A DNA stretch of 64,000 bases from Myxococcales bacterium (GTDB lineage Bacteria > Myxococcota_A > Polyangia > Polyangiales > Polyangiaceae). Where the stretch lies: the NCBI GenBank assembly GCA_043747615.1, contig JAYTOU010000017.1:96001-160000 (forward strand), given 5' to 3'. The position numbers and the translations under genes were made by a program. Shown piece after piece: positions 28,109 through 38,300 of the stretch. Below the pieces are notes generated by a model. It made no database searches, had not been told where the DNA came from, and saw nothing but the letters and a program-made list of their open reading frames with translations. The first letter of the stretch is position 1. Every line of letters starts with the position of its first letter.

Positions 28109-29095
28109 ATGCCGCTCACCGTCGTCGTTCGTGCCTCCAGCGAAGACTCACCGTCGCTCACCTTCGATGGAGCACGGGTCGTCATCGGCCGCGGGGATGG
28201 CTGCGACGTCCGCCTCCCGGACCTCAGCGTGAGCCGTCGTCACGCCATCATCCGCGTCCGAGCGGGGGAGCATGCTGTCATCGACGAGGGGAGCGCGAAC
28301 GGCACCTTCATCGGCGGAATCCGCTTGTCACCACGGACCCCACGAATCGTGAAGTCCGGCGATCTGGTACGCATCGGACGCGTGTGGCTGGAGATCCGGA
28401 TCGATCAGACGCCGCCCACCCGTGATCTCGCCGCGGCCACCCGCGATCTTGCCCTCGCGCTCGTGGGGCAAGCAATGCGCGCCCTCGGTGACGACACGAC
28501 GCCGAGCGTTCGCGTGGTGGAAGGTCGGGACGCTGGCGCAACTCTCGCGTTCGAAGAAGAGGGCCGACTTTACATCGCGGGGAGAGACGAGACATGCGAC
28601 CTCCCGCTCGATGACACCGACGCCTCACGCGAGCACGTGCGCTTCGTTCGCCGAGGGAGCACGGTCCTCGTGCGCGACGCGGGGTCGAAAAACGGCGCGT
28701 TTCTAGGGGACGCGCGCATATCTCCAGATCGCGACACCGCCTGGCGACCGGCGCTGATGCTTCGGATCGGGCGGACCGTTCTCGCCCTCGACGAGCCGGT
28801 GGCGCTGGCCCTGTCGGACATCGAGCAAGGGGGCGACGAAGCGGTCGCCGAAGAAGATCTTCCGCCCGCACCGCCGAACGCGTCTCCGCTCCCACTCGTC
28901 GAGGAAGCTCCGCGTTCCGAAGGGCGGCGGGGAGCGGCTGCGCCAATGGCTCAGATCGACGGGGCGGCGTCGCGCGCGGCACCACGACGGAAAAAAAAAT
29001 CAGGATGGAGCGGGACCGACCTTGCAGTCGTGGCTGCGGCGCTCGCGGTGATCGCTCTCAGCGTCGCGGGCCTCATCTGGCTGCTGCGAACATGA
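28109..29095 (+). CDS. Double-FHA-domain membrane protein
   Basis: Two FHA signatures (IGR...VSRRHA...SANGT and AGR...ASREH...SKNG); C-terminal TM. Confidence 0.88.
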   Translation: MPLTVVVRASSEDSPSLTFDGARVVIGRGDGCDVRLPDLSVSRRHAIIRVRAGEHAVIDEGSANGTFIGGIRLSPRTPRIVKSGDLVRIGRVWLEIRIDQTPPTRDLAAATRDLALALVGQAMRALGDDTTPSVRVVEGRDAGATLAFEEEGRLYIAGRDETCDLPLDDTDASREHVRFVRRGSTVLVRDAGSKNGAFLGDARISPDRDTAWRPALMLRIGRTVLALDEPVALALSDIEQGGDEAVAEEDLPPAPPNASPLPLVEEAPRSEGRRGAAAPMAQIDGAASRAAPRRKKKSGWSGTDLAVVAAALAVIALSVAGLIWLLRT

Positions 29096-29098
29096 GGT

Positions 29099-29917
29099 AT
29101 GGAGGAAATCATGAGTGAGTCCAAGCAAGGGTGGGCGCTGGTCACCGGGGCCTCGGCGGGCCTCGGCGTGGAGTTCGCGCGGCAGCTCGCAAAGCGCGGG
29201 CACGACATCATCCTCGTCGCCCGCCGACGGCAGCGGCTCGAGGAGCTCGCGACCGAGCTCGAGAAGAACGCGAAGGTGAAGACCCTCGTCCTCGAGAGCG
29301 ATCTGAGCGTGGCAGGTGCCGGCGCCGCGCTGATCGCGGAGCTCGCGAAACGAGATATTTTGCCGGAGATCCTGGTCAACAACGCCGGCGTCGGCGCGCA
29401 TGGTCCGGCGATCGATCTCCCGCTCGAGAAGGCGGCAGCCATGATTCATCTGAACATCGTCTCCCTCACAGAGCTGTCGATCGCCCTCGGCGCAAAGATG
29501 TCGGCGCGCGGCCACGGAGCCATCGTGAACGTGGCGTCGATCGGAGCTTTTCAACCCGCGCCGTTTTTTGGAACCTATGCGGCGACGAAGGCGTACGTGG
29601 AGAGCTTCAGCGGGGCGCTCACCCACGAGCTCGCGCCGCGCGGTGTACGTGTCCTCTGTCACTGCCCTGGACCGACGCGCACGGAGTTCAACGACGCTGG
29701 CGGTGTGACCATCGAGGGCGGCGATTTTTTCTACATGAGCGCAGAACAGTGCGTGCGAATCGCCCTACGCGCGCTTGATCACGGAAAGCGCTTGGTGGTC
29801 ACCGGTTTCGTGAACAACATCGCCGCGTGGCTCGGGCGCACTATGCCCCGTGCCATCGTGCTGTTCGTCGCCGCAAAGATCATGAAGCCTCCGCCGTCTC
29901 CGACGCTCCCTGCGTAG
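29099..29917 (+). CDS. Short-chain dehydrogenase/reductase
   Basis: TGASAGLG, LVNNAG, YAATK. Start may be 29111. Confidence 0.92.
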   Translation: MEEIMSESKQGWALVTGASAGLGVEFARQLAKRGHDIILVARRRQRLEELATELEKNAKVKTLVLESDLSVAGAGAALIAELAKRDILPEILVNNAGVGAHGPAIDLPLEKAAAMIHLNIVSLTELSIALGAKMSARGHGAIVNVASIGAFQPAPFFGTYAATKAYVESFSGALTHELAPRGVRVLCHCPGPTRTEFNDAGGVTIEGGDFFYMSAEQCVRIALRALDHGKRLVVTGFVNNIAAWLGRTMPRAIVLFVAAKIMKPPPSPTLPA

Positions 29918-29942
29918 GCCGACTAAACTTTCGGGGCGGGGC

Positions 29943-31781
29943 CTACCGGAGGAGGGCGCTGTCGACGGCGGCCATCGTCTCGGGGCCCGAGGAGGACTGG
30001 GGCGCGAGGCGGCGGACCGTCGGCGGGTACGCGAGAGCAAGCCCGGTGAGCGGAATCGCGGCGAGCAGCTCTTCGAGGGCCGCGGCATTCTTCGGTCGGT
30101 CCGTCATGCGCTTTTTCAAGCACTTCATGACGGCGAGATCGAGCGCTTCGGGAATGTCGAGATCGGGTCGACGCGTGCGCATCGCCGTCGGGATCTGGCG
30201 CTGGTGCAGATCGAGGAGCTCACGACGGCTCGGCGCGGTAATCGGAAGCTCGCCGGTGAGCGCTTCGTACATGAGCACGCCGAGCGCATAGATGTCGGTG
30301 CGCCCTTCGACGGCGGCTCCGATGCATTGCTCAGGAGCCATGTATTCCGGCGTTCCGAGTGTATAGCCGGCCTGCGTGAGGGACTCCGCGGTGGTGAGCT
30401 TGCTCATTCCGAAATCGAGAACCTTCGACACGCCGTCCTCGCAGAGAAAAACGTTTCCGGGCTTTAGATCGCGGTGAACGACGTCTTTGGCGTGGGCCGC
30501 ACCGAGGGCGCGCGCGACGCCGATGAACACCGGAATGGCGAAGCCAGGGGTGATGAGACCGTCACGCGAGAGCTTGTCTGCGAGCGAGCGTCCGAGGAGC
30601 CGCTCCATGACGACGTAGATCGATCCGTCCGACATCTGGTCGAGGTCCATCACGCGCACGACGTTCGGGTGCTCGACGTGGACTTGGATGTACGCCTCCC
30701 GACGAAGGCGGGCGATTTCGCTCCCGTCGCGCGCCGCGGCTCCACGCAGAACCTTCACCGCCACCTCGTGCCCGAGGGAGGTGTGCTCGGCGGCATAGAC
30801 GACGCCGATCCCTCCGGAGCCGATCTTTCGTCCGATGCGGTATTTCCCGCCCAGAACCGTTCCGGTGAGCTCGCCGGGCGTCGCCTGATTTTCTCCGCGG
30901 AGCTCCAGGCCACGCTCGAGCGCGGCGATGCGATTTTTTTCGAATGCCCGCGCGCTGCGATCTTCTTTCGAGCGGTCCCAAAGAAAACCAGCGCCCCCTC
31001 CGAGGACTCCGCCAAGCACGCCGGCCACGGCCGCCGCAACCCAGCCGCCGGCAACGGCCACAGCTCCCGCGCATGAAACGGCCGCGATCGCCGCTCCTGC
31101 GGGCGCTCCGCTACGCGCGCGCATTCCTTTCCAGTGCACGTTGTACACGCAGGCTTCTCCGCCTTTCGCCAGGCAAGCCTCGTGCACCACCGTGGCATCG
31201 AGGAGGCCCCAGATGCGAGGCATTCCCACGAGCTCACCTTCGCGCGCGGCGCAAAGGAAATTTTCCGCGTCTTTTTCGTCGCTCTCGGGCTCATCTACGT
31301 CGTCGCGCAGGCGGTACGTCATGCGCACGGAGTCGATGCGCGGGGGCTTGCGATCGCCTTTTTTTTCGGGGCCGCCGAGCTCTTCGAGCTCCCATGCTCC
31401 GATCCGACTGATCTCGCGTGAGCTCGCCGCGAGGTAACGGTAGCCATCGACGGGCTGCTCGGCCACGCGCAGCATGCGTACGAGGGTGCCGAGGGCCTCG
31501 GGGTGCGTGACCCACTCGCCGCGATTGCGGAGCGCGTCCGTCCCACCGAGGAGCGTGGCGATCGCCTTTAGCGCACGGCGAGCGGCTTCGGCGCTCACCC
31601 AGCCGGTTTCGTTGTCGACGACGCTCGGCTCGATGCCGCAGCCGTTGAGGAGTTGACGCGCCGCACGCTCGCCCTTCTCGGCGCGGACGCGGAGTAGATA
31701 CGTCTTCAGGATCGATGCGCGGAGCTCTTCCTTGCCGCCCTGCCGCACCGAGCCGCGTTGCATGGGCGATGCGCGCGACAT
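29943..31781 (-). CDS. Ser/Thr protein kinase with N-terminal V4R-like sensor and central hydrophobic segment
   Basis: IGSGGIGVVY, VAVK, HRDLKPGN, DFG, YMAPE. The N-terminal region has HEACLAKGGEACVYNVHW. Confidence 0.9.
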   Translation of the reverse strand: MSRASPMQRGSVRQGGKEELRASILKTYLLRVRAEKGERAARQLLNGCGIEPSVVDNETGWVSAEAARRALKAIATLLGGTDALRNRGEWVTHPEALGTLVRMLRVAEQPVDGYRYLAASSREISRIGAWELEELGGPEKKGDRKPPRIDSVRMTYRLRDDVDEPESDEKDAENFLCAAREGELVGMPRIWGLLDATVVHEACLAKGGEACVYNVHWKGMRARSGAPAGAAIAAVSCAGAVAVAGGWVAAAVAGVLGGVLGGGAGFLWDRSKEDRSARAFEKNRIAALERGLELRGENQATPGELTGTVLGGKYRIGRKIGSGGIGVVYAAEHTSLGHEVAVKVLRGAAARDGSEIARLRREAYIQVHVEHPNVVRVMDLDQMSDGSIYVVMERLLGRSLADKLSRDGLITPGFAIPVFIGVARALGAAHAKDVVHRDLKPGNVFLCEDGVSKVLDFGMSKLTTAESLTQAGYTLGTPEYMAPEQCIGAAVEGRTDIYALGVLMYEALTGELPITAPSRRELLDLHQRQIPTAMRTRRPDLDIPEALDLAVMKCLKKRMTDRPKNAAALEELLAAIPLTGLALAYPPTVRRLAPQSSSGPETMAAVDSALLR

Positions 31782-31783
31782 GA

Positions 31784-32665
31784 TCAGAAATGAGCGCCGA
31801 GGGTGAGGCCGGCGTACCCAGGGCGAACGTCGGGACGAAGGCGCGCCCGGGTCTCGGGCCCGGTCGACTCTGTGAAATGCCAGATGAGCCCGCCGGCGAC
31901 CGCGGCGAGACCGAGGCCGCCGACCACTCCGCCCACCGCCGACAGCGTATTTCCCGAGCTCTGCGCGTTCGACGCGGCGGCGGCTGCTTCGGGGCTCTGG
32001 CACTCGCGCTGGCCCTGGGCCGTGATCTGGGAGCAGTTCTTATTCGAATCGGAAATTTTTCCCTGACCCACGATAATGAGGACGAGCCCGGCGACGACGG
32101 CAGCCCCTCCCACACCGACCATCACCCAGGGCCCCACCGTGTGACCGTGCTCGCTGGTCACGCGATCCGCCGGAGGGTTTCCGGGAGGCGGCGGCGGCGG
32201 CGGCAGCGCGGTCGGCACCGGTTCTACGGGCGGCGTCGCGATCGGCACCGGCATTGGCGGAGCGGCGGCGATCTGCGCCTTCAGACTGGCGATGCGCCGC
32301 TGGATCTGCTCGTTCCCCGGCTCGTTCGGGGGGACACGCTTCAAGTACGTTTCGAGGGCATTCACGGCCTCGGCGCGATCGCCTTTCAGCTCGTACGCGC
32401 GGGCGATGATGTTGAGCAGATCGTGCTTCGTGCAGTCGCGACGGTACGCGTCCTTGAAGTAATCCACTGCGCGCGCGTAGTCGTTTTCGTCGAAGGAGCC
32501 TTTGCCTGCGATGTACGCGCCGTGGGCGGCGTCGCTGTCTGTCTTCGTCGGATTCCCCGTGCATGCGGGGTAAACCGTCAGGCTCGGCTGCTGCGCAAAC
32601 GCCGGTACACTGACGACAGTTCCAAAAAGAAAGACGAGGCAAAGCGTACGAGGTGATGCGCGCAT
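31784..32665 (-). CDS. Secreted TPR-repeat protein with Pro-rich linker and hydrophobic C-terminus
   Basis: Signal peptide AFA-Q, TPR-like helices (YARAVDYFKDAY...NIIARAYELKG..AEAV.ALETYL), poly-Pro, C-terminal F. Confidence 0.78.
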   Translation of the reverse strand: MRASPRTLCLVFLFGTVVSVPAFAQQPSLTVYPACTGNPTKTDSDAAHGAYIAGKGSFDENDYARAVDYFKDAYRRDCTKHDLLNIIARAYELKGDRAEAVNALETYLKRVPPNEPGNEQIQRRIASLKAQIAAAPPMPVPIATPPVEPVPTALPPPPPPPGNPPADRVTSEHGHTVGPWVMVGVGGAAVVAGLVLIIVGQGKISDSNKNCSQITAQGQRECQSPEAAAAASNAQSSGNTLSAVGGVVGGLGLAAVAGGLIWHFTESTGPETRARLRPDVRPGYAGLTLGAHF

Positions 32666-32744
32666 CGAGAGGCTCCGATCGAGAAGTCCGCGAGGTATCA
32701 TAAGGGATTGTGCAGCGGACCCCAAACGCGCGACGGCGCGAGGC

Positions 32745-33332
32745 TCAACCGCCGCGTTTCGCAGCCTTTTCGCCGAAGAATTCGATCGAACGCACGAGCC
32801 ACGCAAGCGAGCTTGCATCCGGCGCGAGGGCCACGGGCGCCAGGATGAACCCCCCCTTCCGCACCTCGAGATGAAGAGGGATGCCCCAGCCCATGACGAG
32901 CTTTCGCACACTCGGTGTGATTGATCGGGTCAGATCCTGCTTCGACGGCGCGAAGGTCGAGAAGACCTGATCGAATGCGGGATCGCCCGTGCGCGTACGC
33001 GGCATCGTGACCAGATCGAGAGGTTCGCCGAAGACATGAGCGACATCGCAGGTCGCAGCTGCCACGCCTTCCATCCGTACGTCTTGGGCGATGGCGATCC
33101 ACGATGCGCTCTCGCCGGAAAACCCTTCGGGCGAGGTTCGCTCCTGCACCATGCGGGCGATGGTCAGCGAGCCGGTGGTTCCCGTGTGCTCGAGCACGTG
33201 TTCGTAGCGGTGCGGTGTTTTGAGGGTCGCGAACGGCTCCCACACGCGAAGCCAACGCTCGTCGGCGTCCGGCTCGTAACGCATTCCCTTCGTCGCCGCA
33301 TACTGCGCGACCCACCCAACGGGAGCGGGCAA
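32745..33332 (-). CDS. Hypothetical protein
   Basis: Coding-like C-terminal part of ORF 32745..33944. The TTG start just after the ccmE stop is inferred. Confidence 0.62.
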   Translation of the reverse strand: MPAPVGWVAQYAATKGMRYEPDADERWLRVWEPFATLKTPHRYEHVLEHTGTTGSLTIARMVQERTSPEGFSGESASWIAIAQDVRMEGVAAATCDVAHVFGEPLDLVTMPRTRTGDPAFDQVFSTFAPSKQDLTRSITPSVRKLVMGWGIPLHLEVRKGGFILAPVALAPDASSLAWLVRSIEFFGEKAAKRGG

Positions 33333-33334
33333 GG

Positions 33335-33904
33335 CTACTCGACCTTCGGGAGGTCCGTCGCGAGGTGAGGCATTTTTTCGCCGCGCCCCGCCTTCTCTTG
33401 CATCTCGTATTTGCTCGGACACTTGGCGAGCACGCTCGTCGCCTCGAACGAGTTGTCCGCCTGGAGCTCTCCCTCCACCGTCACGCCGACGTCCATCCCC
33501 GGGACGTCGCGAAAGGTGTCCGGCACGACGCACTGGGCGTAGCGCACGGGAACCTGGACCCCCTTTTTCTCGATCGTGAAGCGGTACTCGCACGGCGAAT
33601 CGCGCTTCACGAGTGTGCCGTGAACGAGGTTCCCCTCGGCGCGCACGGGTCGTCCGGCGAACTTGGTCTTGTTCGCCATGACCTCGTCGATCGGCTTCAA
33701 GTAAATCGCGTTGTCCTTCATGCCGCCGAGCGCAAGGGCGGTGACTGCGGCTGCGGCCATCACCAACGGAATCACGAGCATCAATCCCCGACGCGACGCC
33801 TGCGGGTCGGTTGCCTGGACTTTGCGCCCTCGGCGAACGGGAAGCGGGGTGTGATCTTCCTCCGCGTCTGCACGCTCGGTCTTCGGCTCTTCGGGGTAGT
33901 TCAT
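33335..33904 (-). CDS. ccmE: Cytochrome c maturation heme chaperone CcmE (CxxxY variant)
   Basis: N-terminal TM, VPDTF, VTVEG, F.A..VLAKCPSKY. Confidence 0.88.
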   Translation of the reverse strand: MNYPEEPKTERADAEEDHTPLPVRRGRKVQATDPQASRRGLMLVIPLVMAAAAVTALALGGMKDNAIYLKPIDEVMANKTKFAGRPVRAEGNLVHGTLVKRDSPCEYRFTIEKKGVQVPVRYAQCVVPDTFRDVPGMDVGVTVEGELQADNSFEATSVLAKCPSKYEMQEKAGRGEKMPHLATDLPKVE

Positions 33905-34024
33905 GGCTAGTGCAAATCTTTGCCTGCGCGGTCCTCCTCGTCAACGTGTCAATGTCTCGACCCGAAAGATGGCGTGGGTGGGTCTTGCGGCGTCCACCAC
34001 CCCGAAAATGACGTGCTACACTTC

Positions 34025-34609
34025 ATGGTGTTGATGGGCGACGTGCTCACTAGTCCCGTTCTCGTTCTCAATCGTTACTTTGCCCCGGTGCAGCTAACGA
34101 CGGCCAAGCGCGCCTTCGTGCTGCTCTACGGCGGCGTGGCCCAGGCGCTGGACGAAGACGGCGAAGCGCATGATTTCGATCTGTGGCGGATGCTTCCCGT
34201 GCGCGAGACCGATGACGGTCTCCCGATCGTCGGCGGGCAGCTGCGGGTGCCACGTGTCGTGCACCTCCTCAAGTACGATCGCACCCCGCGCCTGACGGTT
34301 CGCCTCACACGACGAAACCTGATGCTGCGTGACGCGCACCAGTGTCAGTACTGCGGCAAGCGCCCGCTCCTTCGCGAGCTCAACATCGACCACGTCCTGC
34401 CGCGATCCCGCGGGGGAGCCGACACGTGGGAAAATTTGGTCACCGCGTGCCGCGTCTGCAATCTGCGAAAAGGCTGGAAAACACCGGAGGAAGCGAGCAT
34501 GCGCCTCGCCCGTCGCCCCTTCCGTCCGAAGTGGTCGATGAGCGCGCAGATCCTTCTCGGGACTGAGTCGCAGTTCGAAGAGTGGAAGCCGTTTCTCAAA
34601 GCAGGCTGA
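34025..34609 (+). CDS. HNH endonuclease
   Basis: VLVLN, RD...CQYCG, IDHVLPRSRGG...WEN.VTAC..CN..KG. Confidence 0.9.
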   Translation: MVLMGDVLTSPVLVLNRYFAPVQLTTAKRAFVLLYGGVAQALDEDGEAHDFDLWRMLPVRETDDGLPIVGGQLRVPRVVHLLKYDRTPRLTVRLTRRNLMLRDAHQCQYCGKRPLLRELNIDHVLPRSRGGADTWENLVTACRVCNLRKGWKTPEEASMRLARRPFRPKWSMSAQILLGTESQFEEWKPFLKAG

Positions 34610-34619
34610 CCGAGCCGAC

Positions 34620-35081
34620 TCATCGGGCCACGACTCCGGAAGGGCCGCAGCTGCCCCACGCGTTCCAGCCGCCGGTGGCGCAGACGAAGAGCGCTTCGCA
34701 ACCGCAACATCCGTTTGGGCACGTTGCGGCGGTGGCGAGTGGGCAATCAGGCGGTTCGAGGGCGACGCAGCCTGGTCCCCCCGATGCGCCGGGGACATCG
34801 TCGTAGCTCGCGTCGCTCGGGGGCGCGGCGTCGTGCATGGGAAGCGCGGCGTCGACGGCAGGGTGCGACGGGCAGGTCTCTCGCAGCGACCAGGTGTTGC
34901 CGGGGTTGCACGCGTAGATGGCAACGCACGCCGAATCGCCGCACGCGCCGGGGTAGATGGGGCAGCCGCCCGCCGGGATGTTGTTGCACCGCGTGAGCGT
35001 GGGGTCGTCGCCGCAGGCCAAGCCAACGACCACCGTTAGCGCGGCAAAACAAGCCGAAATGGTGACACGACGGCCGTTCAT
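34620..35081 (-). CDS. Cys-rich hypothetical lipoprotein
   Basis: Lipobox GLAC, about 14 Cys; start overlaps the kinase stop. Confidence 0.72.
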   Translation of the reverse strand: MNGRRVTISACFAALTVVVGLACGDDPTLTRCNNIPAGGCPIYPGACGDSACVAIYACNPGNTWSLRETCPSHPAVDAALPMHDAAPPSDASYDDVPGASGGPGCVALEPPDCPLATAATCPNGCCGCEALFVCATGGWNAWGSCGPSGVVAR

Positions 35082-36718
35082 TGGAGCTTGGTGAAGCCAT
35101 TCTTCTTCGTTCCCACCGGAGGAGGCAGGCGCGGCGGACGAGAGACACCCCCGCTCGATCGCGTCGGGAGCGCACCACGCGGGTACTGAATCGTGAAGCC
35201 GTCGGGATCGGGGCGGGCCACACCTTGCACTTCGCGCATCATGCCCTCGGCGCGCGATCCGTCCACGGCGATCGCCACCACCCGGTGGTCGAGCCCGCTC
35301 TCGCCCGGCACCTCGAACGCGCTCACGTCCGCGGCGGGATCGAGATCGCGCTGGGCATCGTCGAACTCGATGTGAATTGCGACGAAGGGGAGCGGCACGA
35401 CCACCCGCCGCGAAAGCGACGCGGGAGGCAGCGTAGCGACGGGCGCGGCGACGGGCGGCGGCTCGCCATGCGAGGCTCTGGAGACGAAGAGAAAAACGGA
35501 GAGCGCGCCGAAAGCCACCCCTCCTGCGATCCCGCCGATGAGGGGCCACCGCGTCTTGCGCGCCACGAACGGGAAGGGCTCGTTCAGATTCCCGAACGCA
35601 TAGCGCTCACTCGGTGCGGGCGGCGCGATCGTCGCAAAAAGAAGGGTGTTCGAGAGCGGCGAGTCCGGCGGGGATGGGCGAGGACTGAGCCCCGAGTTCG
35701 TGAAAAGTGCGTCGACCTCACCTTCCGGGAGGGACGTTCGGAGCGCATCGTGACGAAGCCCCATCCGCGGACCGAAGACGGTCTCCATCACCCGCTCGAC
35801 GTCGCGCGCCGTTCCCACATTTCCGCGGCCGGCCCCCTTCTCGATGGCGGTGGCGAACTCGGCCGCCGTTTCATAGCGTGACGCGAGGTCGCGTGAGAGG
35901 CCGCGAGCAATGGCGTCGTCGAGGCCGGACGGAATCTGGGCGCCGAGCTGACGAAGGCGCGGAATGGGCGCGCTCATGACCTCTTGCAGCGTGTCGAGAG
36001 CCTCTTCACCCCGGAAAAGACGCCTACCCGCGAGGCACTCCCAGAGCACGACGGCCATCGAAAAGAGATCGCTTTGCTTCGTGCAGATGCGGCGCCGATC
36101 GATCCGCTCTGGCGCGAGGTACGCCAGCTTGCCCTTCACCTCGTGGGTTCGTGTCGTTTGCACACGATCCTCGGCGTGGGCGATCCCGAAGTCGGTGAGA
36201 CGAACGCGGCCGTCGCAGCCGATGAGCACGTTGTGCGGAGAGATGTCGCGGTGGACGATCCCGAGCGGCTTTCCCGTCTCGTCCTTCAGCTCGTGGGCTG
36301 CATGAAGCCCTGCAAGCGCGTCGAGCACCACCCGCACGGCCACTTTCGTGTCGACCGCTCGCTCCGCTGAAACAAGCTCTTTTCGGAGCTCGGAGAGCGA
36401 CGCGCCCTCGACGTAGTCCATGACGATGAAGGGCTCGCCCGCCTCGAACCCGAGCTCACGCACCCGGACGACGTTCGGATGATCGATCGCCGACGCGAGC
36501 CGAGCCTCGTCGAGCAGCATGGAGAGAAACGTCTTGTCGGTGGCCAGGTGACGGTGGGGCCGCTTCAAAGCGACGAGCGAGCTCTTGTCGCGCCCATCGA
36601 CGGCCCGCGCGAGGTGCACCGTGGCCATCCCGCCGGAAGCGAGCTCGAGCAGCAGCTCGTAGGCACCGGCGCGCGTGGGCGGGGCGCGCGTGGCCTTGTC
36701 GGGGGGCTCATTCGACAC
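35078..36718 (-). CDS. Membrane Ser/Thr protein kinase
   Basis: ASGGMATV, VALK, HRDISPHN, TDFGIA, YLAPE; TM near residue 400. Confidence 0.93.
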   Translation of the reverse strand: MSNEPPDKATRAPPTRAGAYELLLELASGGMATVHLARAVDGRDKSSLVALKRPHRHLATDKTFLSMLLDEARLASAIDHPNVVRVRELGFEAGEPFIVMDYVEGASLSELRKELVSAERAVDTKVAVRVVLDALAGLHAAHELKDETGKPLGIVHRDISPHNVLIGCDGRVRLTDFGIAHAEDRVQTTRTHEVKGKLAYLAPERIDRRRICTKQSDLFSMAVVLWECLAGRRLFRGEEALDTLQEVMSAPIPRLRQLGAQIPSGLDDAIARGLSRDLASRYETAAEFATAIEKGAGRGNVGTARDVERVMETVFGPRMGLRHDALRTSLPEGEVDALFTNSGLSPRPSPPDSPLSNTLLFATIAPPAPSERYAFGNLNEPFPFVARKTRWPLIGGIAGGVAFGALSVFLFVSRASHGEPPPVAAPVATLPPASLSRRVVVPLPFVAIHIEFDDAQRDLDPAADVSAFEVPGESGLDHRVVAIAVDGSRAEGMMREVQGVARPDPDGFTIQYPRGALPTRSSGGVSRPPRLPPPVGTKKNGFTKLQ

Positions 36719-36812
36719 AGGAACCCTGAAATAGAAGCATTTTGAAGGTGTCCCGTCGAGTGCTGGAGGTGTTATGAATTTGCGGTCTCGAAATTCACCC
36801 TGGAGAAATCAC

Positions 36813-37475
36813 ATGCGCGCCTTCGTCGTTGCCTCGGTCAGCTCTCTCGCAGTTTCTGCCGCGCTCCTCATCGCGTGCGGGGGCGGTTCGAACGCACCCG
36901 GTGCAAAGGCCGCAGCAGCGCCCGAAAGCACCGATCCCGGAGCGACGGCGGCCGCAGGTGGCGACCACGCGACGGGCGGGGCAGATGGCGTCGTCAATCC
37001 TGCAGCAGGGGACGCGGGGCCGACTTCGACCACGACCATGAATCTCAACAAGGCGGGCGACCTCCAAGGCGCGAAGCTCACGACGTCATCGAGCACGACC
37101 ATCCAGACCAAAGGCGACGGCGGCGCGATGCCTGATCCCAAGAGCGGCGGTGATCCCGGACGCAAGCGCGAGGACATTCAAGCACTCGTGGTCGCGCGCC
37201 GCGACGAAGCCCGAAAGTGCTACGACGACGCGCTGAAAAATCATCCCGGCATGGAGGGGAACCTCGACGTCAAGTGGACGATCGATCCCAAAGGGGTCAT
37301 CACCGACATCTCCGTCGACGACTCGAAGAGTGACATTCACGACGATGCGCTCGGAAAGTGCGTCATCAACGTGATCAAGCAAATCACCTTCGCAGCGAGC
37401 CCCAAAGGCTTCGAGAGCCGACCGCACTACCCGTTCAATTTCCACCCGCGCGGTCCGCAGCCGCCGAAGCGCTGA
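36813..37475 (+). CDS. AgmX/PglI-like (TonB-C-like) domain lipoprotein
   Basis: Lipobox LIAC; C-terminal RKCY...L...P...G....WTI...G...C...F....YPF.F. Confidence 0.78.
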   Translation: MRAFVVASVSSLAVSAALLIACGGGSNAPGAKAAAAPESTDPGATAAAGGDHATGGADGVVNPAAGDAGPTSTTTMNLNKAGDLQGAKLTTSSSTTIQTKGDGGAMPDPKSGGDPGRKREDIQALVVARRDEARKCYDDALKNHPGMEGNLDVKWTIDPKGVITDISVDDSKSDIHDDALGKCVINVIKQITFAASPKGFESRPHYPFNFHPRGPQPPKR

Positions 37476-38296
37476 TGGGGGCCGACGTCGTCCCGGCTCT
37501 GGTCGCGCTCGGTTTCTCGCTCAACGAATCGCGTGCCTACGGCGCGCTCCTCCAAGAAAGCCCCGCCACGGGGTACGAGGTCGGCGTTCGCGCGCAGATC
37601 CCGCGATCAGCGGTGTACGGGGTGCTCCGTCGTCTGGTGAAGGCGGGAGCTGCGCGGTCGATCGCCGGCACGCCCGAACGCTTCACGCCTGCGCCGGCCG
37701 AGGAGGTCCTCGCTCTCCTGCGAAAACGCTTCGACACCTCGACGCAGGCCCTGGAAGAAGCCGTGCGTCAGCTCGACTCGACCCCCGCAGCACCAGTCGC
37801 CTTCAGCGTTCACGGCTACGAGCGAATCCTCGAAGAGGCCGATCGGATCGCCCACGGCGCAGAGGGGCGGCTCATCGTGAGTGGCTGGCCGCGGGAGCTT
37901 TTGCGCCTCGCTCCGGAGCTTCGGAGGGCCGCGAAACGGCGCGTTTACCTGGTGATTTTTTCGCACGCCGAGCTGCCGCGCCTCCCCGGAGAAGTCTTCA
38001 GCTACGGACTGAAAGAGGCGTCGCTCGAAGAGTTCTGGAAGCATCGCCTCCTTCTCGTTGCAGACGATCGGCGCACCCTCATCGGCGCAACGGAGATGCT
38101 CGAGACGGACACCGCCGTGATCAGCGAGACCTCACCGATCGCGGAGGTAGCCGCAAGCCAGGTGGCGCTCGACATCACCCTCCTCTCACAGCGCAAAGGG
38201 CAGGACGTCCGCGCGGTGATGGTCAAGATGCTCGGGCCGCGCGTTGGGCGCCTCGACACGCTCCTCACCCGCCCCAAGAAGCCAGTGCTAGGGTGA
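37475..38296 (+). CDS. TrmB-family transcriptional regulator
   Basis: LGFSLNESRAY.ALL...TGYEV....IPRS.VY.VL..L...G; TGATG overlap with the upstream gene. Confidence 0.88.
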   Translation: MGADVVPALVALGFSLNESRAYGALLQESPATGYEVGVRAQIPRSAVYGVLRRLVKAGAARSIAGTPERFTPAPAEEVLALLRKRFDTSTQALEEAVRQLDSTPAAPVAFSVHGYERILEEADRIAHGAEGRLIVSGWPRELLRLAPELRRAAKRRVYLVIFSHAELPRLPGEVFSYGLKEASLEEFWKHRLLLVADDRRTLIGATEMLETDTAVISETSPIAEVAASQVALDITLLSQRKGQDVRAVMVKMLGPRVGRLDTLLTRPKKPVLG

Positions 38297-38300
38297 CCTC

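Noticed and set aside
18773..34609. ATPase plus HNH nuclease as a Septu/retron-type defence system
   Set aside because: The genes are 14 kb apart in unrelated contexts, there is no reverse transcriptase, and the HNH looks like the common stand-alone type.
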